Positions 50,208 to 62,229 are shown, numbered from the whole stretch's first letter. The stretch: DNA of 63,905 nucleotides, filler included, from Octopus bimaculoides (GCF_001194135.2; 6 parts of 6 records of this genome joined end to end with filler, not necessarily neighbours in it), one strand, 5' to 3'. Program-made: numbers and translations. Notes: generated by a model from the sequence alone, not told the origin.

Positions 50208-50572
50208 GAGCTCTTCATCAGAAATATAGGAAATGTCCAAAGAAGGGAAGACAGAGAAAGAAAATCGTCAACGATGCACACGTGTGTGCGTGTGTGTACG
50301 GGCGCACACGCGGATGCCTGTATGTAGGTAATAGCGTTCTTTTTGCTAAAACTTTAAAAATTTTGTTCGTTTTTTGTAATTGTGAAATTTTTTCGCCATG
50401 AACGGTTTGTGTTTTTAAACGGAATGTATTTTTTCTGATGTTATATGTGTTCCTGAATAATGTGTAAAGAAATTTTGATTTAAGCATCTTAATGAATTCT
50501 TTATACTGAAATATATATTGAAGAAGATAAATATGTTCTTTTGAATTTATACGTTTTTGCGTCGTAACTCCT

Positions 50573-50607
<35 letters not shown>

Positions 50608-51250
50608 NNNNNNNNNNNNNNNNNNNNNNNNNNNNNNNNNNNNNNNNNNNNNNNNNNNNNNNNNNNNNNNNNNNNNNNNNNNNNNNNNNNNNNNNNNNNN
50701 NNNNNNNNNNNNNNNNNNNNNNNNNNNNNNNNNNNNNNNNNNNNNNNNNNNNNNNNNNNNNNNNNNNNNNNNNNNNNNNNNNNNNNNNNNNNNNNNNNNN
50801 NNNNNNNNNNNNNNNNNNNNNNNNNNNNNNNNNNNNNNNNNNNNNNNNNNNNNNNNNNNNNNNNNNNNNNNNNNNNNNNNNNNNNNNNNNNNNNNNNNNN
50901 NNNNNNNNNNNNNNNNNNNNNNNNNNNNNNNNNNNNNNNNNNNNNNNNNNNNNNNNNNNNNNNNNNNNNNNNNNNNNNNNNNNNNNNNNNNNNNNNNNNN
51001 NNNNNNNNNNNNNNNNNNNNNNNNNNNNNNNNNNNNNNNNNNNNNNNNNNNNNNNNNNNNNNNNNNNNNNNNNNNNNNNNNNNNNNNNNNNNNNNNNNNN
51101 NNNNNNNNNNNNNNNNNNNNNNNNNNNNNNNNNNNNNNNNNNNNNNNNNNNNNNNNNNNNNNNNNNNNNNNNNNNNNNNNNNNNNNNNNNNNNNNNNNNN
51201 NNNNNNNNNNNNNNNNNNNNNNNNNNNNNNNNNNNNNAAATGCCGTCTTT

Positions 51251-51640
51251 TCAGTGGAGCGCTTCTTTGTAGGCAACGTTTCTCGTTTTCCCTTCTGATG
51301 CACAAATGCATTGACTTTGTGGCCTGCCAACACGGGAGCATCCAACGTAATGTTGACCGTGGGAGAACACTTCCTCTGCGAGATTTAAAGCAACCATTTG
51401 CAATGATTGACCCTGTGCCTTATTTATTGCCGTTGCAACGGCGAGTTTGACAGGAAATTGAAGCCGCTTAAACTTGTAGATCGTATCGGAGGGAAGTACA
51501 TTGGAGTTATAAGAACATCTTGACCAGCGGCCAGTCCATTCAAGATGGTTGCTTGTTAAACTCGCGAGTATTGATTATCATGCACGAGCCGTTACACATT
51601 ATTGGAGCATCCAAATTCCGCAGCAGCATGATGGGAAACC
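51251..51640 (-). pseudogene. Helitron RepHel PIF1-like helicase C-terminal fragment
   Basis: PIMLLRNLDAPIMCNGS, then after frameshifts LPSDTIYKFKRLQFPVKLAVATAINKAQGQSLQMVALNLAEEVFSHGQHYVGCSRV...KTRNVAYKEALH*. The element 3' end is hidden in the 50608-51237 gap. Confidence 0.92.
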
Positions 51641-52910
51641 CTCTGAGAACTTTCCAGGAATTAATTCCTCCCCTCCGGAAATTTCCAGGAAGTAATTCCT
51701 CGGACCTCTACAGGAAGTAATTCCTCCACTTCCTCCCATTCCTCGGAAATCTCCAGGAAGTAATTCCTCCCATTCCTCCCATTTCTTGGAACTTTCCAGG
51801 GAGTAACTGCTCCCATTCTTCACCCTCCCTGGAACTTTCCATGAAGTAATTCCACCCCATCCTTCCCTTCCTTGAAACTGTACAAGAAGTAATGCCTCCT
51901 CCTCCTCGGAACTTTCCACGCAGTAATTCCCCCTCCTCCAAATCCTTGGAACCTTCCAGGAAGAAATTACCCATCCTCGAAGGAAGTAATTCCTTCCCCT
52001 CTTTGGAACTTTTCAGAGAGTAATTCCTCCTCTCCTCCCCTTTCTTGAATTTTTTCTAGGAAGTAATTCGCCACCCCACCTCAGAACTCTTCAGGAAGTA
52101 ATTTGCAGCCTTCCTCGGAACATTCTAGGCATTAGTTCAACCTGAGAACTTCCCAGGAAGTCCTCAGAATATTCCAGGATGTAACTCATCCTCGCAACTT
52201 CCCAGGAAGGAACCCATCTCCGGATCTTTCCAGTGGATCCTCGGAAGTTTTCAGCAAGTGTCATCAAAACTTTCCAGGAAGTAGCTTAACCCCGGATCTT
52301 TCCAGGAAACCCTCGGAACTTCCCAGTAAGTAGCATCATCGGAACTTTCCAAGAAGAATAATCATCGGAACTTTCCAGGAAGTACCATCTTCGGAACTTT
52401 CCAGGAAATAGCTCATCGTAGGAAATCCTCGGAATTTTCCAGGAAGTACCATACTCGGAACTTTCCAGGAAGTAGCTCATCCTCGGAACTTTCCATGAAA
52501 TCTTTGGAACTTTGAAAGAAATGCTTGGGACCTTCCATGAAGTCCCATTCTTGGAACTTTCCAGGAAGTACCTCATCATCGGATCTTTCCAGGACCTCCT
52601 CGGGACTTACCAGGAAGTACCATCCTCGAAACTTTCAAGGAGGTAGCTCATCCTTAGATCTTTCCAGGAAATCCTCGGAACTTTCCAGGGAGCAGCTCAA
52701 CTTCGGAACTTTCCATGAAGTACCTTCCTCTGAATTTTCCAGGAAGTAAACCATTTCCGTAAATTCCCAGCGATTCTCCGAAATTTCCAGGAAGTAGCAC
52801 ATCCTAGAATCTTTCCAGGAAATCCTCGGGACTTTCCAGGAAATCAAATTCTCGGAACCTCCCCAGAAATCCTCGGAGCTGTTCAGGAAGTCCCGCCCCC
52901 GGAACATTCC
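51640..52910. repeat. Degenerate minisatellite built on CGGAACTTTCCAGGAAGTA
   Basis: Dozens of diverged units. Longer units with CT-rich spacers at 51640-52130; ~20-28-bp units at 52140-52910. Confidence 0.9.
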
Positions 52911-52933
52911 TTCAAGACCATAAGACCTCCTAT

Positions 52934-53295
52934 GACTTCACCAACGGTACAAATAACATGAAATACGTAAACAACGAGTAAAAATGGAAAACAGGACAAG
53001 CTAACACAGAGAAAGGACCTTTCAGCAGTTGTTGGCTGTCTATCTACTCCTCGTTTCGAGCATTCAACGACAATATGAGTCTTGAAAGGCAGTTGCTTGC
53101 ATAAATTCAAAAATAAGACATACAAAGAAATCGAACGAAAACAAGCATGGAGAGCAGACAGTCAACAACTGATGAAGAGTCCTTTCTCTATCTTAACTTG
53201 TCCTGTCTTCCACTTTTGTCTTGTTTACGTATTCCACTCGTCTTCCCTCGTTTGTTTACCTATTTCATGTTATTTGCACCGTTGGTGACGTCCTG
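52934..53295. repeat. Inverted pair of a dispersed repeat forming a fold-back
   Basis: 52934-53046 is the reverse complement of 53151-53292 (the latter has an ~30-bp internal duplication); spacer ~105 nt; third copy at 54680-54836. Confidence 0.8.
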
Positions 53296-54207
53296 TACCC
53301 ACATCCATGTATATATATATATTGATGCGACCACCGAAAATACAATTAGCGTTATATCCCTATCTCCCGAGCTGGGTTTTGAACCCGTACTCTGGTCAGT
53401 TGGGGACAATGGTATTTCCTTTGTCTTGTCGGCAACCACAGCTATTTTTAGCGTAGCTGCCCCCTTTCCGGTCACCGAAGGTTCAGCAGGCAGGACAGGA
53501 ATTGTACCGAACCGACCCAGCTTTGGGAGGGGGTAAAGTAACACTATGAGCTATGGTATTTGGGATNNNNNNNNNNNNNNNNNNNNNNNNNNNNNNNNNN
53601 NNNNNNNNNNNNNNNNNNNNNNNNNNNNNNNNNNNNNNNNNNNNNNNNNNNNNNNNNNNNNNNNNNNNNNNNNNNNNNNNNNNNNNNNNNNNNNNNNNNN
53701 NNNNNNNNNNNNNNNNNNNNNNNNNNNNNNNNNNNNNNNNNNNNNNNNNNNNNNNNNNNNNNNNNNNNNNNNNNNNNNNNNNNNNNNNNNNNNNNNNNNN
53801 NNNNNNNNNNNNNNNNNNNNNNNNNNNNNNNNNNNNNNNNNNNNNNNNNNNNNNNNNNNNNNNNNNNNNNNNNNNNNNNNNNNNNNNNNNNNNNNNNNNN
53901 NNNNNNNNNNNNNNNNNNNNNNNNNNNNNNNNNNNNNNNNNNNNNNNNNNNNNNNNNNNNNNNNNNNNNNNNNNNNNNNNNNNNNNNNNNNNNNNNNNNN
54001 NNNNNNNNNNNNNNNNNNNNNNNNNNNNNNNNNNNNNNNNNNNNNNNNNNNNNNNNNNNNNNNNNNNNNNNNNNNNNNNNNNNNNNNNNNNNNNNNNNNN
54101 NNNNNNNNNNNNNNNNNNNNNNNNNNNNNNNNNNNNNNNNNNNNNNNNNNNNNNNNNNNNNNNNNNNNNNNNNNNNNNNNNNNNNNNNNNNNNNNNNNNN
54201 NNNNNNN

Positions 54208-54247
<40 letters not shown>

Positions 54248-54679
54248 TATTATCGATTATTTAATTGAACGCGACGCATCCATTTCCAAGTAAGTTTATC
54301 TTCACCTTTTTGGTGCCACTCTCTACCCTGTACTGTTTTCTTCCTCCATACTTCTCCAATTCCCTTTTCTCTCTCACTCTCTCTCTTGTTGCTCACATGT
54401 GATCATCGTCTATCTTTCTTTTCCTCGCGTGACCATCTTTTTCTTGCACGAACGTTTAAACGATCGGATGTGTTTTTCTCTCTCTCTTCTATCTTTTCTC
54501 TTTTCAATAAGATTTGTCTCCTAGTGTTCACTATTTTCCTCTAGTTCTGGTCTAACGACCCTCCATGTTTGTTTTCGTTCAGTTTCCTTGTTTGTCTCCA
54601 CTGTCATTTTTTTGTTCCCAACTTTGACCCTCCATAAATCCTAAATTTTATTTTTGAATTTATGGGAGTAACTATCTCT

Positions 54680-54836
54680 GAAGACTCATATTGTCTTTGA
54701 ATGCTCGAAATGACGAGTAGATAAACAGCTGGCAACTGATAAAGGGTCCTTTTGCTGTGTTAAGTTGTCCTGTTTTCCATTTTCTTCTCGTTGTTTACGT
54801 ATTTCATGTTATTTGCTCCGTTGGTGACGTCCTGTA
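54680..54836 (+). repeat. Third copy of the 52934/53151 repeat (possibly Penelope-like terminal sequence)
   Basis: GACTCATATTGTC...GAATGCTCGAAA...CAACTGATAAAGGGTCC...GTTGGTGACGTCCTGTA. Confidence 0.75.
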
Positions 54837-54848
54837 CTCATATATGCA

Positions 54849-54923
<75 letters not shown>

Positions 54924-56105
54924 AAATATATATATATATATATATATATNNNNNNNNNNNNNNNNNNNNNNNNNNNNNNNNNNNNNNNNNNNNNNNNNNN
55001 NNNNNNNNNNNNNNNNNNNNNNNNNNNNNNNNNNNNNNNNNNNNNNNNNNNNNNNNNNNNNNNNNNNNNNNNNNNNNNNNNNNNNNNNNNNNNNNNNNNN
55101 NNNNNNNNNNNNNNNNNNNNNNNNNNNNNNNNNNNNNNNNNNNNNNNNNNNNNNNNNNNNNNNNNNNNNNNNNNNNNNNNNNNNNNNNNNNNNNNNNNNN
55201 NNNNNNNNNNNNNNNNNNNNNNNNNNNNNNNNNNNNNNNNNNNNNNNNNNNNNNNNNNNNNNNNNNNNNNNNNNNNNNNNNNNNNNNNNNNNNNNNNNNN
55301 NNNNNNNNNNNNNNNNNNNNNNNATATATAACCTTATCTACTTTCATCTGAAACTAACATCCAGAAACCCGTAGAAAGCAAATGTCAGTTATATCAGTGA
55401 AGTTCACATCTCGTTACTACACAATGTGTCATTGCCAATAGACTCACTAACGTCATGAATGTCACAATATTCTTCCTTGATTCTGTGAGATGATTATAAT
55501 CGTCACAAAAGTTGAAACAATTCACCTATTTATGCCGCTGTTGCTGGTGGTTTAAATATATTTTTTAATATTCTGCTTTTTTTTTTTCTTATGCTATCTG
55601 TTATAGTTGGTGCTGAAATAAGTTAACCAAGTGGAGAACGTGTTTTTGTTTGTTAAAATGTGTGTGCTCAAATCCCTTGCTGGAGTTTTCACTATTTCAA
55701 TGTAAAGACTTTATTCTGCAGTGTCTTAATTCCCCTGTGTGAGGAGAATTCAAACTAGATGAAGTATCAATAATATCTCGGAGCTGTTTCTTATCCACGA
55801 GATGGATTTGTTTTGTATCTCTTTAATATAATTCCTCTAAAAGCTATTCGTTCGTAAGCTAAGCGTCTTTTATATTACTGTTTGTCATTACCTTAATGTC
55901 ATTCCTTCATATTACTATATAGTTTTATGTAAATGTCCTTGTGCTATGCAATAGTATACAATGGTACATCCTTACATGAATAATCTTACATTGCATTATT
56001 GTATAGCTATACATTTATATCTTTACGTAGTATCTATCTATTCACATCTTTACGTTAATATCTCTGGTTAATATATCTATATTTAACCTATTTCAATATA
56101 CTTAC

Positions 56106-56298
56106 GTTAGCAAGCCGGGCGAAATGCTTAGCGGTATTTCGTGTCTTTACGTTATGAATTCAAGTTCCGCCGAGGTCGATTTTGCCTTTCATCCTTTCGG
56201 GGTCGATAAATTAAGTACCAGTTGCATACTGGTGTCGATCTAATCGACTGGTCCCCTCTCCCAAAATTTCGGGCCTTGTGCCTAGAGTAGAAAAGAAT
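56106..56298 (+). mobile_element. SINE family A, well preserved
   Basis: GCCGGGCGAAATGCTTAGCGG...CCTAGAGTAGAAAAGAAT. Confidence 0.9.
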
Positions 56299-56759
56299 AT
56301 ATTAACGTTATATTACTATGTAACTTCAAATTAATATTGTTACTTTATATTTCACTGAATATTTTTATCTCAATAACGCTAATTTCTATATTACAGTATA
56401 GCCTTACATGGATGTCCTTACTTTGTATTGCTATATATCCTTACAACAGTATCTTAACTAAAAAAAATATTGTGTATCCTTATATTAACACCCTTTTAAT
56501 TACTCTATATCCTAGCAACAATGTCCTCACTGTACTTACATTAATATTCTTAGCGTATATTCTTGTAATCTTTAATAAGATTTCCTTACTCATTATTACT
56601 ATATTTTTTAAATAAATATCCTCAATGTATCTTTACTATATAAGTTTATATCAATACTTGTCCTTTATATAAATATATATCCTTACAGTGACCTCATATT
56701 AAATTTTCTTTTCTATAAGATCTTTATCGTTTTCTGACTTTATATTACAAGAACATAGG

Positions 56760-56975
56760 AAGGCTGTGAGCTGGCAGAATCATTAAGAAGCCGGACAAAA
56801 TACTTCGCCCCATTTCTTTTCATCTTTATGCCTTAAGTTCAAATTCCGTTTAGGCCCACTTTGTTTGTCATCCTTTTGAGGCCGATAAAACAAGTACCGG
56901 TTGAGCACAGGGCTCGATATAATCAACTATCCTCCCCCATGCTAGATTTGCTAGTTTTGTGCTATAATTTGAAAC
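56760..56975 (+). mobile_element. SINE family A, degenerate
   Basis: AAGGCTGTGAGCTGGCAGAATC...AAGTTCAAATTCCG...ATAATTTGAAA. Confidence 0.75.
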
Positions 56976-57411
56976 TGTATGATCAGGGCATAAAAACGTA
57001 ACCTAGATGTTCTATATCTTCATATGGGTTTAAATATTACTCTGTTGCCTACTTCAATATTTTTTTTATGTATACAATTTTATTTATTTATTTATTTTGA
57101 GATCACATGACTGGCACCACTCACATTATTTGGCACTTTCTACCATTTTCAAATAGAAATTGTTTATTTAGTCTTAGGTCTAAACAACTTGTTATTTGTT
57201 ATTATCATCTTCTTCAACAATGACTTTGACAGTCCTCCATTTTAGAGTATTTCTTGAACATGCTCACTGTGTGATTGGTCAGTCTTATGTATAATTACTT
57301 GGCTTTCGTACAATGTTAATTTATCGTCATTTAGTGTATCTCGTCTTCGTCGCCATTATTATAAGTCTACAAATTATGTTTTCTTTGTCTTTTTAACTAG
57401 TATCACTTATT

Positions 57412-57765
57412 GGAATGCGGCCATGCTGGGAAGGGTTTAGTCGAACAACTTCACCCTGGTACTTATTTATTTTTGAAATTAAGTACGTATTTTATCTGCT
57501 TTTTTTTCCGAACTGCTTAATTACGATTGTGAAGCGGTAGAGGGAAAAGATACAACACAAGCACAAAGACACACACAGGCATATACGTGAACACATAGAC
57601 ATATACATACGACGGGGTTCTTTTCCGTTTCTCTATCAAATCCATTCACAACGCTTTGGCAGGGCTTTGAATATAGTAAAAGACACTTGCCCAAGGTGCC
57701 GCGCTATAGGACCGAATTCATGACTACATCGTTGGAAAACAAGCTTTTTGACCGCACAGCCTGTC
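57412..57765 (-). mobile_element. SINE family B, degenerate full length
   Basis: GCGGCCATGCTGG...GACACTTGCCCAAGGTGCCGCGC...GACCGCACAGCC. Confidence 0.8.
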
Positions 57766-58291
57766 TCTCACTCACTAAAGTTTCAAAGTAAAGTATTCAT
57801 CCCAATAATGCCAGATTCGTACGTGGTCCTTTACTTCTGGAAGTCTTATTCAGATGTATAACCAAACACCCGCACCAAATTGCAAGCCACAGGAAATAGT
57901 ATGGAACACGTGACCGTCAGGGTGCATCGCCGGTTACACCAAATTTGTAAAACATGCAACTTTTCAACGGCTGGAATGTTATAGAGAGAATCAAGTTCAT
58001 CCGGTTTCAGATTATGATCGTCGAGGTAAGGAACTGATTCAAATTAATCTCGCAAACTGCAGATTATCACTAAGACACCGCTCCCAATTCTTATATACAT
58101 TTGTATGAATTAATTTTATTCGTATACAGAGAGGTTACTTCTCTCAAACGCGAGCATTGAACGTAATTGGAAACGAGTTTTATATCATCTTCATATATCA
58201 ACGTGGGTGAAATAGTTGGTAATGAACTTGAACCAAGGAGAGAATTACATACATATGCACGAATACATACACACACATGTGCATATAGATA

Positions 58292-58323
<32 letters not shown>

Positions 58324-58439
58324 AGTGTGCGTGTGTGTGCGTATGCGTGCATACATGTATATATATAGATATATATATATGTGTGTATGTATATATATAT
58401 ACATATATAATACTTCGAGCAAAACAATAATAGTAGGCG

Positions 58440-58520
58440 TTTTTATATGTATAATGACGACAATGATGACCACCACTACTACCATCACCACCACTGCCAC
58501 TACCTCCACTATTGCCACCT

Positions 58521-58559
<39 letters not shown>

Positions 58560-58957
58560 CAATAGTAATCGTAACAGCAACAAATGTAATCAGATGCAAA
58601 TAAATGAAGAAAGACAAAGAAAAAGAAAAAGAAAAAAAAACCCAAACAGCAACAACAATATAAAACAAGTTCATTACCAACAAGAACAACTACAATAGAT
58701 CCATTAATCAATAGCAACAACAACAACAACATGACCAACAATATGGTCATTATCTATAACGACAACAGCAGCAACAACAATCACAGCAACATGTAAATCG
58801 AGTAACGAGAATGGATGTGAGAATGAGGATTAGACTTTGAGTAGAGATGTAGGTAACAATCTAAGTTCGTTCCCAGGCAGAAATGTTCCCACACGTGTCA
58901 ACTACTTTGTATTTATAGCTGATAATGTTGTTGTTGTTGTTGCTATCATTCTCATCA

Positions 58958-59013
<56 letters not shown>

Positions 59014-59105
59014 TGTTATTGGTGATGGTGGTTGTGGTGGTGGTGGTAGATGGTGGTGGTGGGGTAGTGGAGGTGGGGGTGGAAGTGGTGGTGGATTTTG
59101 CTATT
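58440..59105. repeat. Cluster of trinucleotide microsatellites (GAT, AAC, ATT, GGT)
   Basis: Directly visible. Confidence 0.9.
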
Positions 59106-60066
59106 GAAATATCTGATNNNNNNNNNNNNNNNNNNNNNNNNNNNNNNNNNNNNNNNNNNNNTTAATTAATTAANNNNNNNNNNNNNNNNNNNNNNNNNNN
59201 NNNNNNNNNNNNNNNNNATATACACATATTAAACACGCACACACACACACACACACACACATACACACACACACGCACGCACACACGCACACACCTACAC
59301 ACGCACCTACACACACACACACACATACATGAATCCGTGCATCGTATCTCCTTAACCACCTCATGTTCATCCCAAACTATTGAACCCCGCAGCATTCCAT
59401 GGCATCATACTTATTCTCATTACTCTCGTTTCACATGCATTTATATAAGCATCTTCATCTGTCAGTCTGTCTGTCTCTCTCTATCTCTTTCTCTCTCTTA
59501 CTCTCTCTGTCTTGCCATTCGGTCTCATCTTTAGCCAGAACTATGTAGCGTTGATCAACTCTCACACGCCCTCGAAATGTGTAAGTTTGCATGTACATAG
59601 ATCTATGTATGTGTATGTGCGTGTATGTGTGTACATACACTCATATATATATGTATATATATATTCAGATACACATACGCGCACGTATTATAATGCATGT
59701 TTATAAAACACGAAAAGAATATATATATATATATATATATATACACGTGTGTACGTGTGTATTATACACACACAAATAGACACACACACACATATATATA
59801 TATATTTGTATATATATATGTATATATAGCCACGCACAATCCTACATGCATAAATCAAGGCAAATATTCTACGTGCTGTTGCTATCAAAAATTGTCTCAA
59901 CCGATCACATGTGAGTTTGAAATTTTCGTAATGTAATCTGGTGTCATGAAACGGAATTTGTAAGTCTATCCTTTCGATTCGTACACAACTTCCAAATGAA
60001 GTCGAGAAGAGTGTTTTACACATGAATATCTAAGTTCTTTGTCGACGCTCCGAAGTATTTACAACA

Positions 60067-60240
60067 GTGGTTTTGAACCGAGGACCATAAGGCCCCTGTG
60101 GGTCCATATAAGAATTTTGGGTGGCCACGCAACAAAATACTCTATCGGGGATCCACAATTGTGTTTTAAGATGCCTTGAAAAAAATATTGCTTTAGATGT
60201 ATATATTGTTATGTATTGCAAGAAACATCACGGTTTCTTT
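60067..60240. mobile_element. hAT-like MITE fragment (one terminus)
   Basis: Begins CAGTGGTTTTGAACCGAGGACC...GGGTCC, similar to the 7300 terminus. Confidence 0.45.
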
Positions 60241-60295
60241 CTCTGATGCTTTACCGAATTCAACCGATGCAAGTTAATGTGTGAAAAAGAAAATA

Positions 60296-60627
60296 GGCGC
60301 AGGAGTGGCTGTGTGGTAAGTAGCTTGCTTACCAACCACATGGTTGCGCGTTCATTCCCACTGCGTGGCACCTTGGGCAAGTTTCTTCTACTAGCGATGT
60401 TGGGGGGACAAACACAAACACACACATACATACATACATACATATATATATATATACATATATACGACGGGCTTCTTTCACTTTCCGCCTACCAAATCCA
60501 CTCACAAGGTCTTGGTCGGCCCGAGGCTATAGTAGAAGACACTTGCCCAAGGTGCCAAGCAGTGGAACTGAACTCGGAACCATGTGGTTGGGAAGCAAGC
60601 TTCTTACCACACAGCCACTCCTGTGCC
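60296..60627. mobile_element. Tail-to-tail inverted pair of SINE family B 5' regions
   Basis: 98-bp arms 60296-60393 (+) and 60530-60627 (-) with 9 mismatches; spacer 136 nt. Confidence 0.9.
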
Positions 60628-60969
60628 AATATTATATAATATTTATTTCATAATATATACATAACATATGGTGTGGCGAATGATAATGGCGAACACGTCA
60701 TCTTGTTATCTCTATTAAGCCTCAGGCCAACCAAATTCAAATATATCTGATACAAGTCATTCACAATGTGGCCATCACCTCCAATTTCTTCACTTATCAC
60801 CCACTTTGGATTACGTTACACAACGTATGCTGCTTTTTAACGTGATATGGTATAGTTTAAGGGCAAATCGACTGTTCTTTTTAGCAGGTCGACCGACTTC
60901 TCCATCGGCGCGTTCATAATGATTTTCTTGGTGATGGTGGTGGTAGTTGTGGTGGTGGGGAAAGAGAAA

Positions 60970-61115
60970 ATATTGTTGGTCACGTGGATGACGACGGAGG
61001 CGACGATGAGGACAACAATGGAAATGACGATAATGGCGGAGGATGATGACGATGATGATGACGATGATGATGACGATGATGATGACGATGATGACGATAA
61101 TGGCGGATGATGATT

Positions 61116-61154
<39 letters not shown>

Positions 61155-61255
61155 TTGACAACGAGCGTAACGACGACGACGATTATTATGCTTCTGTTGC
61201 TACTAATATTAAAGATGACGATGNNNNNNNNNNGATGATGATGATAATGGCAGGA

Positions 61256-61298
<43 letters not shown>

Positions 61299-61358
61299 CT
61301 ATGTTGATGATAATAACTATGATGTTAATAGCAACAATGATAATGATGATGGTGGTAG

Positions 61359-61414
<56 letters not shown>

Positions 61415-61534
61415 CTGATGATGATGATGAGGACGATGATGATGATGATGATGATGCCGAAAATGATGATGATGATTATGCTGCTAATAGTAACAATGAT
61501 AATGATGATGACGATGATGATGATNNNNNNNNNN

Positions 61535-61572
<38 letters not shown>

Positions 61573-61689
61573 TTGACAACGAGCGTAACGACGACGACGA
61601 TTATTATGCTTCTGTTGCTACTAATATTAAAGATGACGATGATGATGATGATGATGATGTTGATGGTGATGATGATGATAATGGCAGGA

Positions 61690-61732
<43 letters not shown>

Positions 61733-61739
61733 CTATGTT
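60970..61739. repeat. (GAT)n-rich tract with duplicated unique blocks around small gaps
   Basis: GTTGACAACGAGCGTAACGACG...ATTAAAGATGACGATG and ATAATGGCAGGAATG...GACTATGTT each occur twice. Confidence 0.9.
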
Positions 61740-62161
61740 NNNNNNNNNNNNNNNNNNNNNNNNNNNNNNNNNNNNNNNNNNNNTTAATTAATTAANNNNN
61801 NNNNNNNNNNNNNNNNNNNNNNNNNNNNNNNNNNNNNNNCAAACATATATAACAGATAATTATATATTGATAGAAGGTGTATATGAGTATACATATATAA
61901 ATAAGTATAGAGATAAATATATATATATTTATATATATATATATATATGTATATACATATGTATGTATGTATGTATGTATATATGTGTGTATTTATTATT
62001 CACGAAGTTGGATCGTGCTATGTGCATGCAGCGCATGAATATTCTATGTAGAGTTTAATTCTTACCTGTTCGTCCTAACAAGGTGCCCCAATTTAAGTAC
62101 CGCATTTACCTGAATCTAAATGATATTCTATACATCCATTTACTCACACACNNNNNNNNNN

Positions 62162-62229
<68 letters not shown>

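Noticed and set aside
51599-52907. ORFs of 70-106 aa over the satellite
   Set aside because: Repetitive translations (ESS/WKVP/ITS) broken in all frames; not a coding repeat.
53169-53190. CTGATGAAGAG half-core
   Set aside because: No downstream stem II/GAAA partner.
53350-53460. Minus-strand GGTTCAAAACCC B-box-like motif
   Set aside because: No cloverleaf or clear A-box; at most a degenerate tRNA-derived fragment, not a tRNA gene.
54678-54723. CTGAAGA...CTCGAAATGAC hammerhead-like words
   Set aside because: Stem II closing pair, U16.1 and stem I do not form; too degenerate to call.
13114-55374. Numerous long ORFs of 150-375 aa in the ORF track
   Set aside because: They consist of N-gap X runs plus (TA)n/(TG)n/(CA)n microsatellite translations (YI, CV, HT repeats), not proteins.
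57860-58035. Open frame ending at GAG|gtaagg
   Set aside because: ~55 codons, no clear acceptor, unrecognised peptide, transposon-like context.
58447-58698. 83-aa poly-D/H ORF with basic KRKRKK patch
   Set aside because: Composed of trinucleotide and A-rich repeats; no complex domain.
60970-61739. Poly-Asp/poly-Met ORFs and duplicated blocks
   Set aside because: (GAT)n microsatellite; the duplication flanks 10-N gaps and is probably an assembly overlap artefact.
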